NCBI GenBank assembly: GCA_951406725.2
Contig: CATOCA020000002.1
Location: forward strand, 62,001 to 126,000
DNA length: 64,000 bases
From: Octopus vulgaris
Taxonomy: Eukaryota
Direction of reading: 5' to 3'
Each line of letters starts with the position of its first letter. Position 1 is the stretch's first letter. The notes under the pieces are model-generated. The model worked only from the letters and a program-made list of their open reading frames with translations, had not been told where the DNA came from and did no database searches. Both the position numbers and the translations under genes were made by a program. Positions 15,890-31,134 of the stretch are shown here, piece after piece.

Positions 15890-17788
15890 ATGCCAACTAC
15901 TTTGAGTCAGTGAAGAAATGTGTGAAGTAAAACAGAGGAAAGAGAATGTTGATGGAACAAGACAGTACAAAGACACTTTGTGTCTGTGTGTGCACTTACC
16001 CATCACTTCTGCTGTGTTGTATCTCTACCTCGTTTGCTATGTCAGGTCTGTAGCTATCTCTCTGGTCTCCCTTGGCTTACTCTACTGACTGCCCATGTCT
16101 GCCTATGGAACCATTGATGCCACAACCCTTTCCTTCTAGCTCATCTCATCCCCACATGTCCCCCTGATCTCAAAGATCACCTCTTCACTCTACTCCATGT
16201 CAAAATCTGCCATCCACCCATGTGGACATCTCACATGTTGTGATCATTGTAGGGAGGGAGCCCCATTCTCTTTCTCTCCTCCATCCTCATCATCCGACGA
16301 AGTGACAATTCTGTGAACATCCAAGACATGACACAGCATTGCATTCACAGAAACGTTATTTTTGGAATTAACAGCTGTCACTGTTCCTCTGTTCCACTGA
16401 GATGTGCAGTGTGCTTTTGGGGATTGACCCAGACTTCATCTCCTACCTCCATGAAGACAGGCCCTCTCTCTTCCGCAGAGCATTCTGATACTTTTCTAGA
16501 ATGCTGCCATTTATATCTGAATATCACTCTGTGTGGCACAAACTCTTTGGCCTATCCTGACTAGGCTGACATATTGTACTAGAATACTGCTTCCAGCAGT
16601 GAGATGCACCCCCTCTCTGCCATGGCCTTGATTGTATGATGGTGTCTTTCTACATCCCCATTTCCACTCAGCCTGTATGCTGCTCTGAAGAAGCAGTGCA
16701 CATTCCACTTATCAAGCATCTCCTTCAGTATCTCTGAATGAAATGCAGTGCCATTGTCCATCTCCAATTCATCCACTGAGCTATTCCAGGAATATCTCAT
16801 TCAGGATACATGCAATCTCATTTGCAGTGTTGGTCTTCATTTCTCTCCAAATAACCATCTGACCTGATCCACAGTTGACCATCAAGAGATATGTCCCCTG
16901 ACAGTAGTGTGTCACATCCACCACCAGTCATTCCTAGTTGTACTCTACTGAGATGCACAACCGGAGCAGGGTCAATGGATTGACACCTATCACAGTTCCC
17001 GACCATCTTTTGGATGCTCTGTTTAGTAACATTGGCATCAATGCTCCTGGCAAGTTACAGGGTTCTATCCACATCCATATGATGCATGACATGCAGTCTC
17101 CCTAGTTCTGAGTCACTTAACTGACACACTGCAGTTATCCCCTTCTTCGAATTTTCCGGCTCCACCAACCAGGCCTTTTTCACCCTGGTTAGAATGTCTG
17201 CCTTGTTCCTTTCTGAAGGCACAAAAATCACACTCAGCTTCAAGTCAAATTCAGCAGCTAGCTCTCCTAGAATCCCTAGGCAGCACTTTACTAACATCTT
17301 TTCAGCCCCTTTGGTTCAAACCCTCTTTTCATTAGTGATCATTGGTCCTACCCACCCAAGCATGGTAGTCAAATAAGTTCAGATTTCGAGGGAGTACAGC
17401 TCCCATTTCAGGGCTGAATTTACCCCCTTTAGTACTGCATCCAACTCAGCCACTTTTCAAAGCCAGGCCGTGTCCTCCACTTCAAAGCCTATCACTATGC
17501 TGCTAGCATCGCACTATATGGTCCCATTCTCCATTTTGGGCATGTACCAGTTCCCTCTTACTTGGCCTTCTGCTCTTGTCCTCTCTAGAATCTCCCACAT
17601 CAGCCTGAACTTCTTTAGATGACTTACAACCTCTGTGGTGGACACTATAGTCTCATCTACCAAGATGTCAACTATATAAGAACTGGTGGCCCTTCTTATC
17701 CTGTCTGCATTTCCCAGGATAGACATGAGCACTGTCACCATGATCTTCAGCACAGAATTTAGCCCAAAACCTAGCCTAATCAAACAGT
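15890..17788 (-). mobile_element. Second Gypsy relic (RT/RNaseH/integrase, possible 3' LTR about 15890-16156)
   Basis: RLGFGLNS, SSYIVDIL, FVPSERNKADILTR, CDRCQSIDP, DNGTAFHS, NGDVERHHHTIK. Confidence 0.8.
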
Positions 17789-18085
17789 ATGTATGGCCCT
17801 TATATCAAACCAGCTGATACTGCCACAGTTTCTCACTCACATGGAGCTGCAAATATGCGAACTTCAAGAGAAAGAGAAATGTATGGACCATTGAGAAGGC
17901 GTTTCCAAATCCAGCACCCAAGATACACTTTCAGCTTCATACCCAGTATTATTGGAGCAACAGGATATATACCAACCCACAAGAGCAAAGTATGGCTAAA
18001 CTTGGAATGTTGGGGAAAGAATGTAAGGAGGATGAGATAAACTACCTGCATCGGCTTGCTGTAAAGGCAGGTAGTAATTCTTAGT
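17789..18085 (+). mobile_element. C-terminal fragment of an RLE-endonuclease (R2/R4-group) non-LTR element
   Basis: REMYGPLRRRFQIQHPRYTFSFIPSIIGATGYIP resembles the KxxKY..PIIIGAxG RLE C-terminus. Confidence 0.5.
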
Positions 18086-18099
18086 GAAAGTTTTGAAGA

Positions 18100-18650
18100 G
18101 TGCAGTTCTTTTAATAGTGTTCCTTTCAAAGTTATAATGGAAGTGACAAAGGAGTATATTCGGCACATATTTTTTATGAGTTCAATAAACGCAACAGAAA
18201 GTTCAAGGAATATTAATGCAGTATATGGGGATTGGACAATAAGTATAAGCCATTTTCAACAGTAGGTCTAGAGATTCCGAGCCAGAAACTACAGCCTAGA
18301 AGATCTGTAGAGCTCTATGGGGATGTCCTGCAAAACCTAGTGGAACAAAATACCACCATAACTGTTGAGGGACTAGCAGAGAAGCTTGGATTTGGTCATT
18401 CAACCATTCATCAACACCTGTGTGCCATAAAAAAAAGTCAGCAAATTGGGTCAATGTGTTCCTCACAAACTTTCCAGGGTTACTCACATGCAGAGAGTGA
18501 ATGCGTTCTCTTGTTTGCCGTCACGTCTGACGAATGAAGCTTTTTTGGATTGAATAGTGACTGGTGACAGGAAATGGGTTCTCTATAAAAATGTCAAATG
18601 ATGAAGACAGTGGGTAGGGAAAGGAGGAACACTGGCACCCCAGGATAGAA
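18100..18650 (+). mobile_element. mariner transposase 5' fragment
   Basis: MEVTKEYIRHIF, LAEKLGFGHSTIHQHL, CVPHKL, IVTGDRKWVLY. Confidence 0.8.
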
Positions 18651-18669
18651 GGTTATATTATCTTCAAAT

Positions 18670-19181
18670 TGAAAGCAAGGGACATCCAAAAGAAGAAAAG
18701 TGTCCTTAATGTCAACTTCAACCAGAGCAACTCCAGTGTCATTGTCAGTATCTGAAGCAGAGACTGAAAGTGAATATCAAGAGTCCAAAAAATCAGATGA
18801 AGAATCCACACAAACAAGGAGGAAGTATAGCAAAACTAGAACTGCAACCAAGTTAGTAATATCTTCTAAGCTATCAACCCAGAAAGCAGCAACAGTTTGT
18901 TGACAATTATCTCAAGATGGAATCAATGTCGACACTTCTTCCCAATCTGGTATTTACAGGTCTACTATCAAAGAAGCTGTTAAACTAAAAAAAAAGAAAA
19001 TGAAGAAAACACTACATTTAGAAAACTGGTCATTGCATTTTGATGGTAAACATATTGATGACCAAGAATACCAAGTGCTAGTTTTAAAGAATGAACAGGG
19101 GGAAGTTAAGTTAGAAGCACTCCAATTACCAAACTGAAAAGCTGATAATGTTGTGAAAGGAATAACATCTGTTTTAGATGA

Positions 19182-19182
<1 letters not shown>
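18670..19182 (+). mobile_element. DDE transposase fragment (HxDGK type, probably hAT-related)
   Basis: WSLHFDGKHIDDQEYQVLVLKNEQGEVKLEALQL..VVKGITSVLDEY. Confidence 0.55.
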
Positions 19183-19224
<42 letters not shown>

Positions 19225-19586
19225 ACTGTATATTCGTTTCCAGTCGAAAGATGCCTGCTGTTATGTCCTATATTATTATTGTTTTTATTTTTGTATTTAT
19301 ATTCGTGTAACATCGTCCGTTTTTCTGTCCTTGTTTCATATACATTCGATGCTTTCTTCCAAGGAATCTAATGCTCTTAGCTTAGTTTTTCCTTGGGCTG
19401 GCCAGATTCGAGCAATCTCAAGATTAATCAGCTGAAATTGCGAGGATGATCCGGTTCTTGACTGAAGAGTAAAGGCTTGGAATGACCCGTCCATGTTTTT
19501 TGTATTGTGTATCTGGATATTTTGTTTTCCCTTTTCGTATCACCTAGTTGTCTGGATGTTTTGCGTTCTTGTCCCATTTTGTATTT
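19225..19586. repeat. Non-coding interspersed repeat fragment
   Basis: T-rich block between microsatellites, similar in style to other pLTR fragments. Confidence 0.35.
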
Positions 19587-19601
19587 ATATATATATATAT
19601 A

Positions 19602-20887
19602 CAGGGTGGGGATGCAAAATTTACAATGAAAGTTAAGTTGTTTTTTCTCAGCAGGCACTAAGTCAATTGTTTTGAAACCTAGCATATATTGATGTCGTAA
19701 TCATACCTAACACTATTATCCTTACCTTTTCAGAAACTTTTGCCCATATGAGTAATCAGAAAAGCAATAGTCAAAGAGTGTGTAATTTGCTGAATGCACT
19801 CGTCATACCAAAGGAGATTTCAAGAATAGTTGGAGTGTCCATAAAGACTGTTTATAATGTAAAGAATAGAATGACTATGAGCAAAACTATTATGAGGAGG
19901 TCTGGAAGTGGAGAAATCAGCAAAAACGTACCAAAGCTTTTATTAAAGCTCTCAAATCCCAAATCCTAAAGGATCCAACCAAATCCATGAGAAAAATGGC
20001 AATTGAACTTCAGGTAGTCAACAAGACCATTAGAAATGCCGTAAAATATGATTTGAGGTTAAAATTTTACACAAGAACACCAAAACACTTGTTGCCAACA
20101 GCTATGAAGGAAAAGAGATTGGAAAGGTGCAAGAAAATTATTACATGGTTCAAGAAAAAGTCTTCCATTGTAACAATCTTTTCAGATGAAAAGATCTTCA
20201 CTGTTGATGCTGTTCTGAACCGCAGAAATGACAGATTTATTGCAAAATCAACAGCTGAGGTTAAGGGGACATTTAAAACAAAACATCCTGCTCAAGTTAT
20301 GACTTTTGATGTTGTGGCTTCCAATGGAAAGAAAATGCCTATAAAATTCTACAAAGCTGATGAAAAGATCAATCTTAATACTTACTACAAGACTCTGAGA
20401 TACCAGGTATTGCCATGGCTTAAAGCAAACTACCCAGATGGTAATTATGTATGGACACAGGATGGTGCTCCAGCCAACACAGCTAGAAAAATACCAGATT
20501 TCTGCAAATCCAACTTTAGCAATTTTTTGGAATCATGTTTATGACCGCCTTCTAGCCCAGATCTAAACCCTCTGGATTATGCTATTTGGGGCGTTTTAGA
20601 ACATGCTACCAATAGAACATCACACAGCAATGTCGACTCTTTTAACGATGCTATTAAAGAAGAATGGGGGAAGTTGTCTCCCGAATATCTGAGGAACACT
20701 TGTGCAAGTTTCAGGAAGTGTATGAAGGCAGTTATTGAGAAAGGAGGACACATAGAATGAAAACATTTTCTATTATGTAAATTTTCTTGTGGCAAATAAA
20801 TTTTCATGACTTTCAATAAACTAATTGGTCATACACTGTCTTTCAATCCCTGCCTCAAAATATTGTAAATTTTGCTTCCCCACCCTG
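19602..20887 (+). mobile_element. Full-length Tc1/mariner DD37D (maT) element with defective transposase (19748-20760)
   Basis: TIRs cagggtggggatgcaaaatttacaat / attgtaaattttgcttccccaccctg; FSDEK, QDGAP, SPDLNPLDY with 37 aa between D2 and D3; one frameshift and one stop. Confidence 0.93.
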
Positions 20888-21461
20888 TGTATATATATAT
20901 ATATATTCTATTTTAGTTTCAGCTTGAAATATGAGGCACTACTATTTGCTTTGCTACACATTCACTGATTCACCTCTGAGTGTGTGAATGTATGTGTGTG
21001 TGCAGACGCTTGTTTACATTTCTTAGATGGATGAAATATGTAAAATATATTATTCTTGGAAAAGGAAATAATATTTTGAAAAACAGATGGGTTTAATATT
21101 TAATTTGATGTATATATTTCAGAACAAAACCTTTCACAACAGTTCGCCTTCATTCAGCATTTCTGACTGTCACTCGGTCTTACTCCATTTCTTGTTTTAG
21201 CTTCCTTTTCCCAGCCTCATTGATGAAAGACAAGACAGTCCTTAAATTATCTTTACAACTTCCACACTTATGAATTTTAAATTGTAAAGATAATTTATTC
21301 TCCACCCCAACCTGTTTTGGGAAATAAAACAGTGTATAAAACAGTGTATTAGTGTATTAGTATTTGTGTATTAGTTGAATACACAAAAAGAGCCTAACTT
21401 ATCAATTTTATTTAGAGAAAATAGTGGTCAAATACAAACTTTGCTTCACTTCATATATATA

Positions 21462-21627
21462 GGTGTAGGAGTGGCTGTGTGGTAAATAGCTTGCTTATCA
21501 ACGACATGGTTCTGGGTTCAGTCCCATTGTGTGGCATCTTGGGCAAGTGTCTTCTACTCTAGCCTTGGACCGACCAAAGCCTTGTGAGTGGATTTGGTAG
21601 GCAGAAACTGAAAGAAGTCCGTCGTAT
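21462..21627 (+). mobile_element. tRNA-derived SINE, 5' half
   Basis: gtggctgtgtggt...gggttcagtccc, CORE-like cttgggcaagtgtctt; same family as 63250-63605. Confidence 0.8.
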
Positions 21628-21687
21628 ATATGTATATATATATATAAGGTTTGTATGTATGCATTCTTTATGTTTTAATATAATGTA

Positions 21688-22903
21688 TTAGGGTGTTCAG
21701 AAAGTAATTGTGTTTTTTCACCACTATAAAATATGAATCAACCAATCACATTAGACACAAGGTCGAATGGGCAGTAACTGTCAAGAAATTGTATATCATC
21801 TCTTCTATCCAGTAGTGTGTCATTCATAGTTATTTTGGCAATTAACCCCATGAAAGATAAGAACTTTATGAATCAACTTATTCATCATTACTTACTGTAT
21901 AAGTTTTGAAAGAAAAGTACCACTATAGAAGCAATGAAAAACATTTGTGAAGTGTATCTGGATGCAGTGAAAGCTTGTACATATTAGCTGAGGTTTAAAA
22001 GGTCGAAAGATGGCAATTGTGAAATATCTGACAAGCCTCACTCTAGAAGATAACCCACTGAGAATGATGATCTTTTGAATGAGACTATTGTTTCCTTCCA
22101 CATCAAAGCACCAGAGATTTGGCACTAAAATTTAATGTGTCATGTCCACCTATCCATGAACATATCAAACAGATTCGGAAAACATACAAAGAGGGAACTT
22201 GGGTTCCACATGAGCTAACACTTGAGAATTGAACACAATGTTCCACCATCTACAGCAGTCTTCCAACCAGGAATAACAACTTCTGCAGCGCCTTGTTGCA
22301 GGTGATGAAAAATGGGTTTTGCACCACAACAGAAAATAAAAAAAACAACGGTTATTATGTAATGAGAGGCCAGTGCCAATACCAAAACCAGAAATCCATC
22401 CACAAAAATCTTTCCCCTGTTTGGTGGAACATGAGAGGTATTGTGCATTACGAACTACTGGAACATGGAAGGACCATCAATGCAGATGTCTATTGCCAAC
22501 AACTTGTTCATGTAAATGAAAATCATGTCGAAAGTGGCTAGCTCGGGTAAATAGAAAAGGTTGCACTCTTCAAAACAAACTCAAGAAAAAATAAAATCGT
22601 TAAGATGGGAAGTTCTTCCACATTCACCATACTCACCTGACTTAGTGCCTATGGATTTTCCTCTGTTCTGATCATGGGAACATTTTATAAGAGGCAAAAC
22701 ATTCAGAAACAAGGAGGAAGTTGAAAACAGTCTTTGAGATTTTTTTTCAGAAACAGAAATGTTTCTTTGAACGTGGCATAAAAAAGTAACTTTCCCATTG
22801 ACCTGCAGTCTTCAAAATAATGATGATTACATTCTTGATTAAAACTATTCAGATAAACATAGTTTACATTCGTTTTTATATCCTTTCTGGTAAAAGGCAA
22901 TTA
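21688..22903 (+). mobile_element. Degenerate mariner (DD34D-type) element
   Basis: WVPHELT, AGDEKW, VWWNMRGIVHYELL, PYSPDLVPMDF. Confidence 0.85.
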
Positions 22904-24275
22904 TAAAGAGATCATAGATATTCATAGATAACCCAAGTACATACATAGACTAAACCACTAGACACATAGCAATAAGCAAGCCTCAACATGGTCGTTCAAC
23001 CTGCAAGAAATAGCAATCAAATGTCCTTCAAATCATATCCTACCATCTTAAAAGGGACATCATCAACAACAACGATATCCATATTAGATATTGCTTCTTT
23101 TCAGTTATGGACATAGCCAGGAATTTGATTAAAGTAAGGTGGTTTCTCAATAAAATGGATCTACAATTAGACATCTAATTTGTCGAAAAGCACAAAATTT
23201 AAAAACAATTGTTAGAGAGTAATATTTGCATGAATAATTGATTATATATACATGTCATTGTATCTCATCATTTAGCTATATAATTTCACAAGTCATTTGC
23301 CTGGGTTGTAAAGAAGCAACAGCACCTACAGAAACTACAAGATGGGGTGGAGATTTGTCTAAACCTGAAGAGCTACCACTCCATACGTATTAGCATTACC
23401 ATTTTCTTCTTTAAGACCACTCACACCTTAGCCTGGTCACACAGTTTGTGTGTATGTAGCAGTAACAGACTATTTTCTCAACCCAATTGTAAATTCTACC
23501 ATTCATGAGATTAATATTTCTCATTCAATAATAGATTATACTTGTATCAGTTTTCTCTAGCTTTCCCAGATGATCTGCATTCATTGTACGTCTGTCATAT
23601 AATGCAACATTATACCTCTTACATGAGCTAATCTTTACACAATGAGAAAAATACTTTGTTACAAAAAGAGGCAATGGCTTTCATGTTTCCCCATTTCTTT
23701 CTTACTCTAGTTGATGTGCCTTCATTGCAACAACATACAGAACTAATTAAGATCAATGTGGTAATTGAACCACAAGGTGACTCCTGGTACATAAACCAAA
23801 GTATACAATTTAAAAAATTAAGACATTGCTATAGAAAGGTTCTTAAGTGTGCAGTGTACCCTCTTTCTATTTGTCTCTGATGAAAGCTTTGTATCAAAAT
23901 TTGATTTGTTATTTGCATTCATTTATATACCTTAGGCATGCATTGATTCATGCAGAAATGCCACTGACAAAAATTATAAACCACATTATACACACATAAT
24001 TCATAAATTTGTACATGCATGCCTTTCTTTTGTTTATTTTTTAAATAATTTCTTTCTTCAATGGGGTCTGCAAATTTTTATATTCATGTAAGATGTTCAA
24101 GGTATTGTCTCATATTTTTACTTCCAAATCTTACACTTGCTCATCACTCTACTTTGATGTAAGAGTAGGTTCTCAATTTTTCTGCTTAGATTAAAGCAAC
24201 AATAATCTACAAGAAGCTATTGAATTGTTAATAAAATTATATATTTTTGACTGTTAATGCTATAATATACCTTAC

Positions 24276-24386
24276 CCTGGGTGTAACTGTAGTGGCTTTA
24301 AATATAAGGTCTCTATAAATAGTTACTGACAAAAACTTATTTCCTGAAAAGATTCCAGAAAATATTGAAAAATCCTCATTTTCCAT
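24276..24386 (-). CDS. Candidate 111-bp host exon
   Basis: ttttcatAG acceptor, GTAAG donor, open reading MENEDFSIFSGIFSGNKFLSVTIYRDLIFKATTVTPR. Confidence 0.25.
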
Positions 24387-25039
24387 CTATGAAAATATAT
24401 AAAAAGCAGTTGTCCAATGTGTATATTATACTTTAATTACACTCCCAGTGTCACCTAAAACCTTACATTTACTCTAAAGTACATTGCATCGAAACACTTT
24501 GCTTAATACATCAACAATATATAAACTGAACTAGTTGCCAACTATGTGTTATCTGTGTAAACCATTCTCAGATTTAGTGAGCACTTAATTCCAGAGACTA
24601 TAAATACATCTCCTGCAAATCTCAAAGGGAATGAAAGATCTCAAAGGGAATGAAACCAGTCAGAATGGTCCTTTCTTTTCTATCCAGGAAGAGATTGCAT
24701 AGAAGACAGTTGTTTATAAATTGTCCTTTGAATATAACTACTTACACAGAATTTGTTAAACACTTATGATTTAGTCTAAAGTACATTTTAAATATCACCC
24801 CATTTCACTTTGCCATTACACTCTTTCACCCACACATCATAACTCTTTGTCATCATTCTGTCTCCTTAATCATATTGCCTTGTCATTGCTCTAGCCACTT
24901 GGTTATGTTCGTTTGCATGTACACACATATCTTACACATAACTCTTATCACTATCATATATGTCTCTCACTCTATAAATAGTTCATGAGCAGAAATTTAT
25001 GTTGTGGTGTAACTACAAAAAGTGAACCCAGTTCAATCA

Positions 25040-25295
25040 GTAAAGTGAGGGGTTAAGAGTGCATGCTGAGTGCATGACCTTTTTAGAGTTAGTTCCATGA
25101 TAAAATACATCCAGTTCACTCAGTGAAGGGATTGGAATTAGGAAAGTATCCAGCCATAGAAACTAATTCAAATAAAAATAAGATGCTGTTCTCTGACCCT
25201 TCTAGATAAGTAGTACCTCCAAAAATATACTGTCTCACACCATAACAACCTATTCAACCCATACCATCATGGAAAGCAGACACGAAATGATGATG
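25040..25295 (+). mobile_element. Old RTE-tail (Nin/Deu-domain-like) repeat remnant
   Basis: ttaggaaagtatccagcc...catggaaagcagacacgaaatgatgatg. Confidence 0.5.
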
Positions 25296-28047
25296 TGCAT
25301 GCTATAAGTTGAAGAGATAAGAGCAGGAACAAAAGCTAACATATAGACAACTGGATCAAGCACTTTATGAATAGTACTTATTGACCTAGAAGAGTGATAG
25401 GCTAAGTTGATCCTGAAGGAATTTCAACTTATAATGAAGACTGCTAAATATAAGGTTATTTCATGTCTGTCTGAAAACTTGTTTCCTGAAATTAATTACA
25501 AAATATTGTATGAACAAAAATCAAATAAAAACAGATGCATATACACTTGTCAAAATTAATTTATTTTTCTTTTTATCCCAATTATCACATAGTTTGTTCA
25601 CAATACAAAGTGAATTAGTAGCTGGCATTAAACATTGCTCAGCATAGTAACCAATCAACTAGTTTAAACTTAAAGGTCTCACAACAAACCTGAGATACCA
25701 AAGAAAAAAACAAAAAAGAAAGAAAAAAAGAGATTCAATGAGGTGGAAATAATTGAAGGGGGAGTGAGAAAAGTACCACAAATTGTTTCTTTTTATCTGT
25801 GTTCTTGACTTTCATTCTTGTTTTTTAACACACAGATAACCCAAATTTTGTTGCTGGAAATGAAACATTTGTGGTGTGCTTATAACTGCCTTAAAAAGAA
25901 AAAGTAAAAACAAGGAGGAGAAAAATAAAAGTTACCGAGGAACGGAAATCCAAGTTGCTCTGTTGATTTATAAGAAAAAAAAGTTTCATTCAAAGCACCT
26001 ACCAGTTGATTTGTGGTTTCTATTTCATTGTGTTTGGTCTCTTCTTCAATAAATGTTGTTTAAACTTGAGGTTAGTTTTGATTAAACAAATTCATGATCA
26101 AAGGTGTTCCAATCATAACCATTCAAACCCACTCTCACCTCCTGACACAGCATGCACAAGATGGCATTCAATGTACCAATTATTTTTTAAGAGTAAGGTT
26201 GTGATTTGAAGGAGATTTAGTTGATACTATCAGCATGTCAAGCGATCATGCTGGTCAGAAAATCATCACACATCATAACATGTGTGTGTGTGGATCTAAT
26301 CAGTATAATTTTTGTAAATAACAAGTTCAAGGGATTATAAAAAACCTAACGAATTTGAAACAGAACAACTAATAAAATTCTCATCTAGCACATCTTTTCT
26401 TGTAAATTCTATCATATCTAAATATGCATTGATTTTGTTCTAATTAAATAATATATTAAAGAATAAAATATTCTTATTTTTCAGAAAAAAAATTTCCATT
26501 ATTAACTTCATATATGTACATAATTATGTTTATTTAGAGATAGAAAAATAAATACACACTTGTGTAAAAAAGAAATGAGTAGACTTTATATGTCTCACAC
26601 ATCAGATTTTCCACACTTCTTTTTAACAGCAAGTGTATTGATGATTTAATGATTTTGCTCATGAAAAACCAATAGAATACTATGGGTATGACATAGTTGA
26701 GCCTACTAGCATTCATGAACAAAATACAGTTACACATATTATATATAATGTTATATTGTATTTGTGCGTGTGTATGTGTGTTCAGCAACAAATTGGTTAC
26801 CTTACACAAAACACAAACAAATTTCAACTTGGATATTTAAAGGGAAGAGCAGCAGCCAGGAGCAAGGAAGGGTGGGAATAATTTTTCACAGCTTCATTAT
26901 CTTCACTTTTGAGAAAATAACAAAAACAAAAAATATTACAAAATTTTAATATATATATATATATATATATATAAACGAGGGTTATAAAGATGTCAGAATA
27001 CAGAGGCAATAATTTACTATCTCACAAACCACTATTAAAATAAAGTCATATGTGGCAAAATGAAAATAATAATTGTCAGTGCTGACTTAAAGACCACAGA
27101 GCAAACCAACAAAGCATGAGTACCAGATTAGCATGGCAAAAAATCTAACATTTCCAAAATCTCTAAATATAATAATTCCATTTCCCCATCTCATACATAC
27201 TAAGACTCCCAACAAACCCCCCCCACCCATTCATCTTAAGTACGTTTGGGAAAAATGCACAATAAAATAAGAGTGTTTATATACACCAATCATGGCAGGT
27301 AATGAAGTTTGTGTGTGTGTGAGTGTGTTATACATGCACATACATGTAACATATACACTACACACGCATATTGATGTATGTATGCATGAATGTGTGTGTG
27401 TAAATATAATAAATTATTCACATTATATAAAGTGCAGGTGTGCATATATACAGATAGATTTAAATCACTTTTCTTGTCATTATATATAAAAAAACATATA
27501 CAAATACATATAGACACACACACACACACATACACACTCAAAAACTTGTCTCAATATACTTACAAATATTCACAAAACAGATATAAATATACGATATATG
27601 CACATTTATGAATATACAGAAGACAGTGCAGTAAAGAGTGTCACATCTACAAAAATTGAAAATGGACTGAACCATATTTAATTTCAAACAAGTCTTTTGC
27701 ATTTGATTCATGCAAAGGCATCTGTCTTGGAATACATACATACATAGATATATAAATATGTATGTATGCATGTATAATACATATACACATATCTATGCAC
27801 ATATGGTGTGATGTGTGTGTATATACATACATATATAGATATATATGTGTGTATGCATGTATTTGTATGTATAATGCATCATATAATTGATGCCACTGAC
27901 ATACTAAAGAACCATTTGGTGCCATTGAATATTTTTATCAATATTTTCTTTGGGTATGTGTGTGAGAGTATATGTGTGTGTATATTAGGTGTGCGTATTT
28001 TTCTCTCAGACTTAAAAAATGGAGACAAAATACATTAGAGCTGATAG

Positions 28048-28980
<933 letters not shown>

Positions 28981-29416
28981 GTTTGTAGACCATTGTCAAG
29001 AAGCTAAATCTTGCAAAGAAAATATAGATATACACTATATTTGGTGTGCATGCACTAACTTGAAAATCTAAACAATAATACAAAACAAAAACTACAACCC
29101 ATGATAACATCCAGACAATTCTGAAATATCAATTGAATTTTTACCCACATACGCATAGAACAAACAGAAAAAACATCTTGTCAGTACAAATTTTGTTTTT
29201 ACAAATGAGAGGATATCAGGTCAATGAAAAAAACTCCCAAAATAAACCATTGATATTGAACCAGATATATATATATATATATATATATTTAATAAAAGTG
29301 GTAAGACAACAAAAGAATGAAAGAGACTTCGATATTATGTAAATAGAGGAATTTATCTGTAAATGTAATATGTGACAATTATTCGGTAGCCATGATAGCA
29401 TTTTTTCCGATGGCCG

Positions 29417-29475
29417 GATAACTGAAGAGATGGCAGTGTGGATTTCCACCTCGGCATCCGAAACTCAGTTTTATC
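29417..29475 (+). ncRNA. Type I minimal hammerhead ribozyme motif inside a fold-back element (arms 29357-29397 and 29472-29510)
   Basis: GATAA-CTGAAGA-GATG..GTGG ATTT CCAC..CATCC-GAAA-CTCAG-TT-TTATC; stem I GATAA/TTATC; GUU site. Confidence 0.7.
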
Positions 29476-31075
29476 ATGGCTACCGAATAATTGTCACATT
29501 ACATTTACAGGTATATATATATATATATATATTGCTGTTACAATGAGTGTGTTTCATGAATAGAAAGGGACATATGGGATCAAATATTGAATAGGAAGAA
29601 GTGGGTGGTGGTTGTCACAATATAAATATGCTTATAAATCCTTGAGCGGAAGACACATTTGGAAATAAAGTTAGTTGCTTTCTGCATGCACATGATTTAA
29701 TCATGGATATATGTTTTTAGTGTGTGTGTATATGTGCATCTATGAATATCTGGGAATAATTTCTATATAAAAGTATACTTGTACATATGGGATATGTTTG
29801 CAATTGTGTTAAGTGAAAATAAGTTGTTTTTGTCAAAGTATAAAAGCACTATAAGATAGTAGAACCAAAACAAACATTTACATGCTCTTTACTTTCTTTC
29901 CAGTTGTGTGGAGACGGGATAATTTTTTGAAGCAAGAAATTTCATATTTCAAATTTACAACTTCCAAGTCAAACAAAATGAACAACATATATACATAATA
30001 CATACCCACATATGTAGAGGTTAATCGAAAAGTTAACTTCATTAATTATTAATCCGTTAACCAAAATTAACTTCGTTAATCGTGAATTCTTTGAAAATGT
30101 AACTGAATTTAAAATTAATCCGTTAACATTAACGTTTATTGAAAAAGGCATAACTATAGTTTAATACCCCACCGATTTTACTGCCTCATAACTTCCAGAC
30201 AGATAGATACTTTTGAATAAAACTTTCACCAAATAATCGCTTATATACTATAGATTGAGTGTATGTAAAGATTTTGGAAAAAATTTTCCAAGGGGTTGGG
30301 GAGAGGAGTTTCAGAAAAGTCAAAGGACCATACATTTCCCCCCTCATAACTTTCTGGAAAATAGGTTTTTTTAATGAGATTTTATACACAAACCTTTCAA
30401 ACGGTGTAGATTCAGATTTAAAAAAATGTAGGCAAAACTTTTGGAAGGGGGCGAGGGGAGTTTCTGAAAAACGGAGTTCTTCAGAATGATAGGAGGTATC
30501 TTTTCATGAAAATGAAGAAAAAAATTTTGAAATTTTTTCACTCCTGCTACCCCTCACCACCACAGTCCAAAACAATTTTGCCCATTTTTTTTTTCCACTT
30601 AAAACCCGTGAGGGAAACATTTTCGATTTAAAAAATGATTGTTAATAATTTCAGAGGAAAATGTGTGATTTAAGGGAGATCTAGCCGCCTTCCTTGTTCC
30701 TTTCTCACTCACACATCTATTGATATTTTTCAATATTTTTCTCCCCATAAACAAATTTTCAAGCGAGGCTGTGTTATGTATGTGTGAGAGAGAAAAAACA
30801 CCTAAAAAAACATCTTTAGTGTTCATATTAATCTGTCAAATATAATGCTTATTTGTTCATGTTATTTTGAATTATTTTAAAATTTAAAATATAAAAACAT
30901 AAAAATTTATAAATATAAATTTAAAAATTACAAATTTCAATAATTTAAATTTTAAATTTTATATATATTTTGTATATTATATTAATTATATTTATTTTTT
31001 GTTTTTTATGTTTTGGTTTATGTCTATCACTGTTTGAGTTGTCTAATAGTGGTTTTATCTCTAATTTAATTTATT

Positions 31076-31129
<54 letters not shown>

Positions 31130-31134
<5 letters not shown>

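Noticed and set aside
19462-19495. ctgaagag...ggaatgacccgtc, hammerhead-like
   Set aside because: No GAAA and unconvincing stems
23290-23880. Short open frames with protein-like composition
   Set aside because: No consistent splice signals; part resembles an old RTE remnant
24618-24655. 19-bp tandem duplication atctcaaagggaatgaaa
   Set aside because: Ordinary slippage duplication
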